From sequence record MW822008.1: 64,000 bases of DNA; one strand, 5' to 3'. Source of the DNA: Escherichia phage BF17. This document shows, piece by piece, positions 39,836 through 49,700 of this stretch. The notes under the pieces were generated by a model. The model saw only the letters and a program-made list of their open reading frames with translations. It was not told where the DNA came from and made no database searches. Numbering within the stretch: position 1 is the first letter of the stretch; every line of letters starts with the position of its first letter. The translations under genes were made by a program, and so were the position numbers.

Positions 39836-40936
39836 ATGAGTGTAAGTTATACAATTTATAGAAGTAATGGTAGCGTTTATGCTACCATTCCAAATAACGT
39901 AATATTAGGACCAAACCAACCTGGTAGTAACCCAGTACCGTTAAACTTTGCAGGTAGAAATAAAGTTGGTTACGGGCAAGCATGGAACGAAAACTTCCTC
40001 CACTTGGTTGAGAACTTCAGTGGGGCTACTGCACCTCGTGGTAACGTTAATGGTCAGATTTGGTACAGAAATACTGGCAACACTGGTGAACTACTTCTTG
40101 CATTAGTTGATAATGCTCGTCAACCAGTAGATACTGCATCTGAAGCTGACTGGGCATCTATCCCAATGATTTCAATTTTCAACACAGTACCAGATGGTGA
40201 AAATAGTATTATGGGTCGTATGGTTCTTACCAGCAATGGTGATTCCCTTCGTGTCCTAATGAAAAATAAAGAATGGCGTGAAATTCAAACATCTCGTCCT
40301 GAAAATAAAGAATACTCCACACTACTTGATATCAACTATGATACAGGTAAGAAATACATTGAATTTACACAAAGTAACAGTACTAAGCCATTAGCTTACT
40401 TCAATATGGGTGGCACTTCACAGGTTGATTCAAATAACTGGACAACATTCACAAATGGTACTGGGGTGTTTGAATTTGGTAGTAACTATTTTTATGAATT
40501 GAAAATTATGATTCGTGAAGTTAGTGATTCATCAGGTGAAATTGTTTCTCTTCCGTATAATTCAAAAACATTTTTCATTAAAGGTCAGTTCTATGTTGAT
40601 AACCAAGGTACATTTGTTCCTGGTTCAATTGGTGCAAGTCAGATTCCAGACCCACGTCGCATTACACAACTAGAATCAATCAAGGATGTAATTACCAGTA
40701 GTCGCCCTAATTGGGATGTATCTATGGTAATTAATGGTGTTGACCCAACTCTCCCAAATCCGAATGGTATTACAAAAGCGGATTACGAAAACTGGGTGGT
40801 TAACTCTCTTAACTCTAATAAAAACTTAGGGTTCCGCGTCGATGGTATAGTAAACAACCTTTCGGCGGGTGAGTCAGTTAAGCTTCAAGCATCTGTCCTA
40901 CTTAATATAACAGGTATCCCACTGATTGGGGTATAA
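39836..40936 (+). CDS. hypothetical protein, possibly tail-associated
   Basis: 366-aa ORF with AAGGTGA RBS; no motif recognised. Confidence 0.4.
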   Translation: MSVSYTIYRSNGSVYATIPNNVILGPNQPGSNPVPLNFAGRNKVGYGQAWNENFLHLVENFSGATAPRGNVNGQIWYRNTGNTGELLLALVDNARQPVDTASEADWASIPMISIFNTVPDGENSIMGRMVLTSNGDSLRVLMKNKEWREIQTSRPENKEYSTLLDINYDTGKKYIEFTQSNSTKPLAYFNMGGTSQVDSNNWTTFTNGTGVFEFGSNYFYELKIMIREVSDSSGEIVSLPYNSKTFFIKGQFYVDNQGTFVPGSIGASQIPDPRRITQLESIKDVITSSRPNWDVSMVINGVDPTLPNPNGITKADYENWVVNSLNSNKNLGFRVDGIVNNLSAGESVKLQASVLLNITGIPLIGV

Positions 40937-40968
40937 AAAGAAAAAAGGAGCCAATGGCTCCTTTTTTT
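40937..40968. terminator. bidirectional intrinsic terminator
   Basis: GGAGCC-AAT-GGCTCC flanked by A-run and T7 between convergent genes. Confidence 0.75.
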
Positions 40969-40969
40969 G

Positions 40970-41434
40970 TTAATATCGATATGGTAAGCTGTTGACAAAC
41001 TGTGTACCTTGACGTATACTTTCCCACAATGAATAAAAATCCTTCATTAAATTTGCGTTGAGTAATGTGTTTTTTGCACCAGGATGTAACGGTTTAGGCC
41101 ATGAGCCAATCTTAACCCATGCATAACCAGAACTCTCATGATTTAAAGTAGGTACGAATTCATTTTCAACTACAATGACAAATGAATAGTATTTAAATTT
41201 ACCATTCTTAGTGCAGAACACATCAAATGGTATAATATCTATTATCGTTGGAATAGAATCACCTAGTTCTTCTTTAATCTCACGCATAAGACCCTGTAAA
41301 GGAGTTTCATTATACTCAAGCTTCCCACCAACAAATGCCCAGTTGTTAGAATACGTACTTCTTTCTGATCTCAAGTTTAACATCATGTGTCCAGTACTTT
41401 TAGATAAAAATATAGCACCTACTGCTTCATTCAT
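40970..41434 (-). CDS. Nudix hydrolase
   Basis: Canonical Nudix box GGKLEYNETPLQGLMREIKEELG (G-x5-E-x7-REUxEExGU); AAGGAGG RBS. Confidence 0.8.
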   Translation of the reverse strand: MNEAVGAIFLSKSTGHMMLNLRSERSTYSNNWAFVGGKLEYNETPLQGLMREIKEELGDSIPTIIDIIPFDVFCTKNGKFKYYSFVIVVENEFVPTLNHESSGYAWVKIGSWPKPLHPGAKNTLLNANLMKDFYSLWESIRQGTQFVNSLPYRY

Positions 41435-41446
41435 AACAACACCTCC

Positions 41447-42790
41447 TTATTTGTCAGTGAAAGTTATTTTCCAATACCCCTGGCGATATACCGACATAAT
41501 ACTCTTATGCCATTTGAATTTGTCATTATATCTATAATATCCACTATCTTCCATATTATAAACATAGTTGTGTACTAGTGATGGTTCAATAAGTTCTGCT
41601 CCATCATTGGTAATTTTAAACAAATAGTTCGCTGGGATTTCAGTCTCTTTGTAAATGATGTTATGTATGCTATTATTTACATAATATTGTTCAGGTAGTG
41701 CGTTATATAACAAAGAGCCTTTACTAATGAATCCATGTATTGTATAATCAACAGTATAATTACTATTATCAAGCTGAACTACAATCTTGTTAGCATCAAC
41801 CCCTTCACCAAATGAAGAGATATGTCCTTTTAGTGGGTTATCCTCTTCTATAGCTTGTTGGAATTTAATACCTACAGTCTTGTCTTCATATTCTGGGTCC
41901 AAGTACTTAAGGTATTTTTCCCATGAATAAATCCCACCATTTGGTGATGTTTCTGATAGTGATTGACTAACAAGAGTAAGTTGGTAAGTATCTGGTATAT
42001 TAAGTTCAGAGTTTGTTATTTCATCAACTTTAATACATAAGTTCTTTGGTGTGAACACATCAGTAATGATATCGGAGTAATTACCAATTTCAAAATCAAG
42101 TTCATCACGAGCACCTTTAATATTGGTGGTGATTTGTTGGATAAGTTTTGGTTTCTCAACAATAGCTGGCAAAGAGAACCAAATTGTGGTTTCAAATGTC
42201 AATACCATTATATCCAAATCACTATCGGTTCCTTGTGGGAAACCACGAGTAGTAAATTGACAGTCAATCAACTCCACATCACTCAATGATGTCCAATCCA
42301 ATGGGTTCTCGGAGAGTTGTAATTGAATACTAGGAGCAAACAATGTTGAAATTTGCTCAAATAGTTCCATTTTAGTTTGTGTTTGTGTAACCCAAATATT
42401 AACATCAAACGTAAATGTCCAAGGTACTGGGTTATGACGAGTTACTTTATACTGTTTATCTAAGTCTTTAGTATATTCGTTAATTCCAGGGGACTTGTTA
42501 GTCCCCATAACTAATGTTTCATTTGCGTTTGAACGAACTGACTTGCGATCTAGTTTAAGTTGGTTTACACTAATGGTCATGATTGGTGCTGTTGGAAGCA
42601 CGTTCTCACTGTTACCATTAATAATTGCTGCTGCCATACGTGAAATATCTGCATAGCGGCAAGGAACTTTCTTATATTTTGGTTTTCCGTCAGCATCAAC
42701 ACCATTTTGTACTTGAAATTCACCAAACACTCTGATAAGATGTTTCAGTACTCGACGAAATTGACCATCATAATAATAATCTATTTTCAT
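41447..42790 (-). CDS. hypothetical virion protein
   Basis: 447-aa ORF; start overlaps upstream stop (ATGA). Confidence 0.45.
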   Translation of the reverse strand: MKIDYYYDGQFRRVLKHLIRVFGEFQVQNGVDADGKPKYKKVPCRYADISRMAAAIINGNSENVLPTAPIMTISVNQLKLDRKSVRSNANETLVMGTNKSPGINEYTKDLDKQYKVTRHNPVPWTFTFDVNIWVTQTQTKMELFEQISTLFAPSIQLQLSENPLDWTSLSDVELIDCQFTTRGFPQGTDSDLDIMVLTFETTIWFSLPAIVEKPKLIQQITTNIKGARDELDFEIGNYSDIITDVFTPKNLCIKVDEITNSELNIPDTYQLTLVSQSLSETSPNGGIYSWEKYLKYLDPEYEDKTVGIKFQQAIEEDNPLKGHISSFGEGVDANKIVVQLDNSNYTVDYTIHGFISKGSLLYNALPEQYYVNNSIHNIIYKETEIPANYLFKITNDGAELIEPSLVHNYVYNMEDSGYYRYNDKFKWHKSIMSVYRQGYWKITFTDK

Positions 42791-44295
42791 TCTGAATCCT
42801 TATGTATACGATACACTGTATTAGGTTTAACTGCATCATGTAATGGTACACGGTTCGGGCTATTAACAAATTCTGTTAGAGCAAGATCTGCACCTTCCCA
42901 CGGTTTTCTACCACCGTAATCGAAAATCACCCAAGAATTCTTGGACGCACTGTATTCCCATAGGGTTACTGGTGTATAATCGGTACGATAGTAGTAATCA
43001 CCATCAACTGCATCACTTGGGAACATGTTACCTTCAGGAACTGTACCTCGTGCTGGAGGAATCTTAGGACGATAATCTTGTTGTGAATCGATATTTCCAT
43101 AAACACTATTAGAAGTGAATGGGTCATTAACGTAAGTTACTTCTGGTTCTCCCCATTTACCATTTAAGTACTGATAAATGTGTGGTTCTTTGTATTCAAT
43201 ATAAAAATCATCAACCCCTTGTGGCGGTGTGCTTTCTGTAGTACACTCAACATCACAATTTAGCCACTTTTTGGCAGATTTGTCGTATTGATACAATGAG
43301 AAGCCAGTAACATCAGCCTCGTTTTCTTTAAAGAAGAAGTCACCATCCATCGGTTTGCGAGGAAAGATGGTTCCACGCTTGACTTCCACAGAAATCCATG
43401 TATCATTAGATAGTTCTTTCAGTACTGGGTAAGTTTTCTTGAGGAAATACATTTTATTTGCTGGTTCCTCTGGTAATTCGTATCCATTTAGCATATACTT
43501 AGACAAATCAACAGTATCTGGTCTGTCATCGAACAAGTGTTCGTTAGTAAAATGAATGTATGGTACTTCATCATCAGCTTGCATAATGATACGGTTCATA
43601 ATATCCATTTCATTACCATAGCTGCTGTTCTCTGAAGAGCCATCATCAGTATTACCATTGCCGTTGTTTGGATCATCTGGGTCATCAGGGTAGTTATTGT
43701 TACCTAGAAGGTCAGAGTACTCTGGTGAATCAGTAAGAGGTTTAACACGGAGTTTGTAAATGTGATGTTGCCATGTAACTGAGTAACCTTCTGACGTTCT
43801 AAACCCATCTTGTACTACATAGAAGCGGTTTAAACCAGAATCTTTACCAAGTACATCAAAATCACGTAAGTTAGGAAGTTCGATTACGTCACCTGGCATA
43901 ATTTTTCTTCCCAAACGCTGAATCATTGTGTTATAATGAATTGTGATGTCCATTGTGTTAAAATTGAAGAACAATCCTGGGATTTTCAAGTCAGGTGTTG
44001 CTTCTTGGACTTGGTAGACGCAACTTAAGGTGATAGCTTCGAGATTATAGTTACGGCTTGGAGTGTCCCCAAAAATTAAATCACCAATGCTTGACACAAC
44101 GGTACTATCTGATCCATAATAATCACCGCCGTATGATAAATCAGTGTTGTCAGCGACTTGTTTTGGTCCGACATAGGCATAAAGCCACATGTCAACACCA
44201 CCGATGTTGTATTGTTCTGCTATGGCAGAGTCAATGAACTTGTAATCATTGGTTCTACCTTTTTTCCACATTCTGTATGCCATGTTTGTCTCCAA
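42787..44295 (-). CDS. hypothetical virion protein
   Basis: 502-aa ORF with GGAGA RBS, divergent from the ClpA-like gene. Confidence 0.45.
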   Translation of the reverse strand: METNMAYRMWKKGRTNDYKFIDSAIAEQYNIGGVDMWLYAYVGPKQVADNTDLSYGGDYYGSDSTVVSSIGDLIFGDTPSRNYNLEAITLSCVYQVQEATPDLKIPGLFFNFNTMDITIHYNTMIQRLGRKIMPGDVIELPNLRDFDVLGKDSGLNRFYVVQDGFRTSEGYSVTWQHHIYKLRVKPLTDSPEYSDLLGNNNYPDDPDDPNNGNGNTDDGSSENSSYGNEMDIMNRIIMQADDEVPYIHFTNEHLFDDRPDTVDLSKYMLNGYELPEEPANKMYFLKKTYPVLKELSNDTWISVEVKRGTIFPRKPMDGDFFFKENEADVTGFSLYQYDKSAKKWLNCDVECTTESTPPQGVDDFYIEYKEPHIYQYLNGKWGEPEVTYVNDPFTSNSVYGNIDSQQDYRPKIPPARGTVPEGNMFPSDAVDGDYYYRTDYTPVTLWEYSASKNSWVIFDYGGRKPWEGADLALTEFVNSPNRVPLHDAVKPNTVYRIHKDSE

Positions 44296-44325
44296 AATAA
44301 ATCGGGTATATCTTTATTTACCTTG

Positions 44326-44353
44326 TTGACAAACGCAAAGAATGTGATATAAT
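44326..44353 (+). promoter_or_regulatory. sigma70-type promoter (TTGACA-N16-TGnTATAAT) for ClpA-like gene
   Basis: TTGACA 44326-44331, TGTGATATAAT 44343-44353; same architecture as P1/P2. Confidence 0.7.
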
Positions 44354-44391
44354 GTTTATTAATTAGAGTGACTACTCATTTAGGAGAATAC

Positions 44392-46680
44392 ATGAATCTT
44401 ACCCAATTGTTCAAAAAAAGCGACGAACTGGCAACTTCTCTGGGTCATACCTTCTTGACTATTGACCATCTAAGTGCTACAGTACTGACAATCGATAGCA
44501 TCAAAGCAGTGTTTGAGGATATGAACATCGATGCAGAGAAACTACACGGTCGTTTGATTGCATATCTGAAAAATACAGCATTCCCACATGCACCTAAAAG
44601 TGCTGATGGTGATGAAGCGAACCGCACATCACTTCTTGTGAACCGTGTAGTTCAGGAACTTTCTAAGAAATCAGTAATTGAGCAACTTAAACGTGATGAT
44701 TTCTCAATTGATGCTTATTTTGTACTGTTTGAGTGTTTGTCCTTCCCAAATACTGCACTAGAAGCAGCATTGCGTGAAGAGGGTATCACTTGTACTGAAG
44801 CAGCACGAACTCTTCAGAAGCACGTAGAAGCAATCGACAACGGAATTAACCTTCAAAGCATTAGTGATGAACCAACTGGGGAGAAAAAAGTGGCACAACA
44901 GCAACCATCGTCCAAACAAAAAGGTTTAGAAGATTACACCACTAACCTAACCGCACTTGCAAAAGAAGGTAAACTTGACCCAATGATTGGTCGCCAGAAA
45001 GAGCTTTCTGCACTGATTGAAACTCTGGCCCGTAAGACTAAGAAAAATGCTATCCTGACTGGTGAAGCTGGTGTTGGTAAAACGCAAATTATTGATGGTC
45101 TAGCACAGGCAATCGCTGATGGTGAAGTACCAGAGCATCTTAAAGATGTTGAAATTCTGTCTCTGAACGTAGGTGCACTGACTGCTGGTACTAAGTACCG
45201 TGGTGAGTTCGAAGAACGTATCGATAACCTACTAAAAGAACTGAAGAAACGTGAAAACACTATTGTGTTCATCGATGAAATCCATATTATGGTTGGTGCT
45301 GGTTCAGCAAGCAACGGTTCTATGGATATGAGCAACATGCTCAAACCTGCACTATCTCGTGGTGAGATTCGTGTAATCGGTGCAACAACTTACGATGAAT
45401 ATCGTAAAAACATCGAAAAAGATAGTGCACTAACTCGTCGTTTCATGAAAATTGATGTAGTTGAGCCAACAATTGATGAAACCCGTGCGATTGTGAATGG
45501 TTTGAAATCTACTTATGAAACTTTCCATAACGTAGAGTTCAGTACTGAAGCAATGGATGCAGTTATTACACTAAGTGATAAGTTCCTGAAGAACAAACAC
45601 TTCCCTGACAAAGCAATCGACCTAATGGATGCGGCAGCAGCGAAAGTACGTTCTCGTGAAACTGATGATAACATCATCACTGTTGCACTGATTCAAGAAG
45701 TTGTTGCAGGTATCGCAAACCTAGATATTAACGTGGTTGCTTGCACTGAAAGTGAACGTATGCGTAATCTACCAGATGCACTCCGTTCTCGTGTATACGG
45801 TCAAGAAGAAGCAGTACAGAAACTGGTTGATAACGTGATGGTAGCTCGTGCTGGTCTGCGTGATAAATCAAGTGTTCAAGGTGCATTCATGTTTGTTGGG
45901 CCATCTGGTACTGGTAAAACTGAAATTACCAAAGCACTGGCTGATGCAACTGGTTCTGAACTGATTCGTTTCGATATGTCCGAGTTTTCACAGGAACATA
46001 CTGTTGCTAAACTGATTGGTTCACCTCCAGGCTATGTTGGTCACGATTCTGGTAACGGTCTGCTACTCGACAAGATTGAGCAGTTCCCGAATGCAGTACT
46101 GTTGCTTGATGAAATCGAAAAAGCTGATCGTAAAGTACTACTAACCTTCCTACAGGTTCTGGACGAAGGACGTTTGACTGGTTCACAAGGTAAAACTGTT
46201 TACTTCAATAACGTAACTGTTATTATGACAACTAACCTTGGTGCAGCAGATTCAACCAAGCGTAGTATTGGGATGAGCGGTAGTGACACAGCACAAGATA
46301 AAGCGATTAAAGCATTCTTGCCACCTGAATTCATCAACCGTATCGATAGTATTGTGACATTCAAAGACCTAAGCAGCGAAGCGATTGACAGCATCATTGA
46401 TAAGTTCATGGGAAGTTTGAATGAACAAATCAAAGACCGCAAAGTTAAAGTTTCACTGACCAAAGCGGCACGTGAGTGGTTGGCAACAAATGGTGTTAAA
46501 GTTGGGATGGGTGCACGTCCAATGAAACGCACTATTGAGCAAAACATCCGTGTCCCACTAGCTAAAGAGATGTTGTGTGGTTCTCTGGTTAATGGTGGTA
46601 ACGTAACGTTTGATGTGATTGATGGTAAATTGGCTATCAAACCTAAACGAACTAAAGCAGTAGAAAAAGTTATTGCGTAA
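44392..46680 (+). CDS. ClpA-like two-ring AAA+ unfoldase (Clp/Hsp100 family)
   Basis: D1 Walker A GEAGVGKT and B IVFIDEIH; D2 Walker A GPSGTGKT and B LLLDEIE; sensor GARPMKR; no ClpB middle domain; SIGMSG loop where ClpA has IGL; ATG 44392 with TAGGAG RBS (track starts at GTG 44368). Confidence 0.8.
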   Translation: MNLTQLFKKSDELATSLGHTFLTIDHLSATVLTIDSIKAVFEDMNIDAEKLHGRLIAYLKNTAFPHAPKSADGDEANRTSLLVNRVVQELSKKSVIEQLKRDDFSIDAYFVLFECLSFPNTALEAALREEGITCTEAARTLQKHVEAIDNGINLQSISDEPTGEKKVAQQQPSSKQKGLEDYTTNLTALAKEGKLDPMIGRQKELSALIETLARKTKKNAILTGEAGVGKTQIIDGLAQAIADGEVPEHLKDVEILSLNVGALTAGTKYRGEFEERIDNLLKELKKRENTIVFIDEIHIMVGAGSASNGSMDMSNMLKPALSRGEIRVIGATTYDEYRKNIEKDSALTRRFMKIDVVEPTIDETRAIVNGLKSTYETFHNVEFSTEAMDAVITLSDKFLKNKHFPDKAIDLMDAAAAKVRSRETDDNIITVALIQEVVAGIANLDINVVACTESERMRNLPDALRSRVYGQEEAVQKLVDNVMVARAGLRDKSSVQGAFMFVGPSGTGKTEITKALADATGSELIRFDMSEFSQEHTVAKLIGSPPGYVGHDSGNGLLLDKIEQFPNAVLLLDEIEKADRKVLLTFLQVLDEGRLTGSQGKTVYFNNVTVIMTTNLGAADSTKRSIGMSGSDTAQDKAIKAFLPPEFINRIDSIVTFKDLSSEAIDSIIDKFMGSLNEQIKDRKVKVSLTKAAREWLATNGVKVGMGARPMKRTIEQNIRVPLAKEMLCGSLVNGGNVTFDVIDGKLAIKPKRTKAVEKVIA

Positions 46681-46712
46681 AAAAGAAAAGGAGAGCAAAT
46701 GCTCTCCTTTTT
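46681..46712. terminator. bidirectional intrinsic terminator
   Basis: GGAGAGC-AAAT-GCTCTCC flanked by A-run and T5. Confidence 0.75.
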
Positions 46713-46713
46713 G

Positions 46714-49700
46714 TTATTTAACTTCTAATAGATTTTTAATGTCATTACCACTTATTTGCAAACTATCGGAGTAAACAGATAGTTCGATTGGATAACTGTT
46801 AACACTATAACGTTTTAGTAAATTAACTTTACCTAAGTTCAAGCCATTAAATGAATATGTCACATTCTCTTTAAAGTCGTGTTCTGCACTATACATTACC
46901 CCACGGAGTAAGTTATTTGCAAAACGTACTTCAACTTTTTCAAAACCAAGAGAAATAATATCATTCATACTTGCACCAGCACCAGATAGAACATTATTAG
47001 TAACACTATATGGACTAACTGAATCTGGTTGTGAAACATAAGTAGCATTTTCTTCACTGATAGCAGTAATGTTAGTTACTGTTCCACCAACTACACCAAT
47101 ATATGTATCACTAACTAGTGGATATGCATATTCCCATACCCCGTCAGCATTCAGTACTGGTTGAATAATACCAACATCATACTCGAACACGTTAATTTCC
47201 ACACTATCAGTCATTTTGGTTCTCACTAACTCACTAAGAACACCTGCACCAGTAATTGGTAAGTTATATCCGTTATCAATGGTAACACCATCAACTTCAA
47301 ATATCTCGTTAGACACTACCCAAACATCAACGTCATCTGGTGTAATTCCATCATTATAAGAACCACCGTATAGTGTTGTGTCGTAGAATACTTCATAGTT
47401 CATTGCGTCGATAGCATAATTTCTATTTGTTTCATACAACTTAACACCATCAACCAAGAATTCTGGATCAGCAAAGGTTCTAATACGAACGATGTTCAAT
47501 GCTAGAGGTATTGCTGGTTCATTCTGTTGTTGTTTAGTGATGTTATCATAACGAAGCACAACTCCAGTACTATCTAGTAGTTCTACAGTTCCGTTCGCAG
47601 TGTTTCTTACTGTGTACAAGGTTGGTGTGGTGTCAGTTTTGATTTTTGATACACTCAAGATGGTTTCCCATGCATTGTTTTGGTATCTCACATAATCTTC
47701 ACCATCAGTTGTGAATATCATAACCTTATCACCATCAGATAGGGTATTGTCAATTACTTCAGCTTCTGTATCACTAACAATTGATTTAATTTTATAGAAG
47801 TATTTTTCATCATACTTACTGTATGATTTACTAATATCATTTTCAATCTTAGCGTAAGAAGGAATACTAACAATTGCTTCTGTTGTTTTATAAGGGTTGA
47901 TAATAACCATACCTTCAGTTTTATATCTACTATTGTCTCTCAATTGAACTAGTGAAACACTATTGAATCCATAACCATCAACTGTGAAGCGAATCTGACC
48001 AATCTTTCTTCCTGATGGGTTAATATCAGAAATGTCGATTATGTACGGATCTACTTCGTCACCTTCAACTTCCCATTTTAACTCGGAAGTTTGTGATTCA
48101 AGTGCTAGGTTATCAAATGCATTCATATCATCGTAGTACTTAGCATCGGTGATGCTATCTAGGATGTGCTGATAATCACTGTACATTGGGTTATTTCTAT
48201 CAAGAGGTAAGTCATCAAGATTTATTTCTGCCAATTGAACTAGTTGACCGTCAGTTATGAATTTGTCTTCCATGAAATCATCAATGCTTTGGTCATCTGG
48301 GATACTCTCGTATACACCATTAACATTAACATAAACATATTTTCGTGGCATCATAGTAAATGCATGAATATCAATAGGCATTCTACTTAGTATTTCTTCA
48401 GCCTTTTCATAATGGTCGGTAGCATCTTTGTCATACAAACCACGCATACCGGACAATACATGAATTGCGTCATTGTAGAATCGTTGATTTCCATTTTCAT
48501 CTACATGGCGATATGAATAAACACCATATTCAACTTCAAGTATAATTCTAACTTCATCATCAGTTGCAGTAGTATTGTTTTCTTTAATTAAAGAAACATA
48601 CTTATTATACAACTCACTACTAACTTCAAAGTAACCAAAGTTATAATCAGTACTGGATGCATAACCAAACGGTAGTCTGGTACTTGGATTATCATCATAG
48701 GTTAACCCACTAAATCCACATCCAACCTCATCATGAATTACTTCATCATCTGCACCTGTGTACAATTTCAAACGGTTAGAGAGTGTGTTATACTGAACAT
48801 AATGATTTACGTCATTAAACATTTCATTTTGTGTTGATTCTTTATATACACGATTCAACGTTTCTGTGAATTCTGCGGTTGCTACCAAATCATCTGCATG
48901 GTCTGCATACCATTGGTTAACACCGTAAGCAATCCCTAGAGTTACGTTCAATTCTGGGTAATACAATTGCATCTGATAAGCAACCAATAGGTCGAAATCT
49001 TCATCACTGTATTCTGGGAATGTATATTTGTAACGTTGTAATTCAAAATTACTAACAACATCTTGTGCATTAGATTGATATTTCTTATTCACTTCTTCCA
49101 ATACATCAACACTTGCCAAATTATCATTTGGTTTACATTGAGTGTTGTCGTAGTGCATGATAACATCAATTTCTTGGAAACGGCGATTAGGTGTTACGAA
49201 ATCACTTGGCAATTCACCAACTTGCTCCCAACGTTGAGTTACCTCATTGAATTGAGCATATTCATAATCCCAAATGTCTTTTTCCGTTTTAACCCAAGTC
49301 CCATCTGCAAATATATAGCCATTAGGATCTAAATCATTACACAAACCTTTAATTAAATCATCATCTGAAGTTTTCTGTTCAATCTGGGAACGAATCTTAG
49401 TTCTATATGGTTTAACTTCTTCAAAGTACTCAACGATTTGATTAATCAAGTTGTCGTTGGAATAGTTCTGTACTAATGATTGTTCTAAACCTACAATATA
49501 AATGTAAGATGTTTTGAATACCCAATCAACAACGCTTTGTTCTACGTGAACATACTTAACCATATCAAACACAATTTCACTCTGATGTAAGTCGAATGAG
49601 TTCTTCAATAAAGCTAGTGCTTTACGAACGTTAATCTCACGATTACTCAACGAACCATTAGCATCACGAACTGTATAGTCAGCGTATAACATATCATTCA

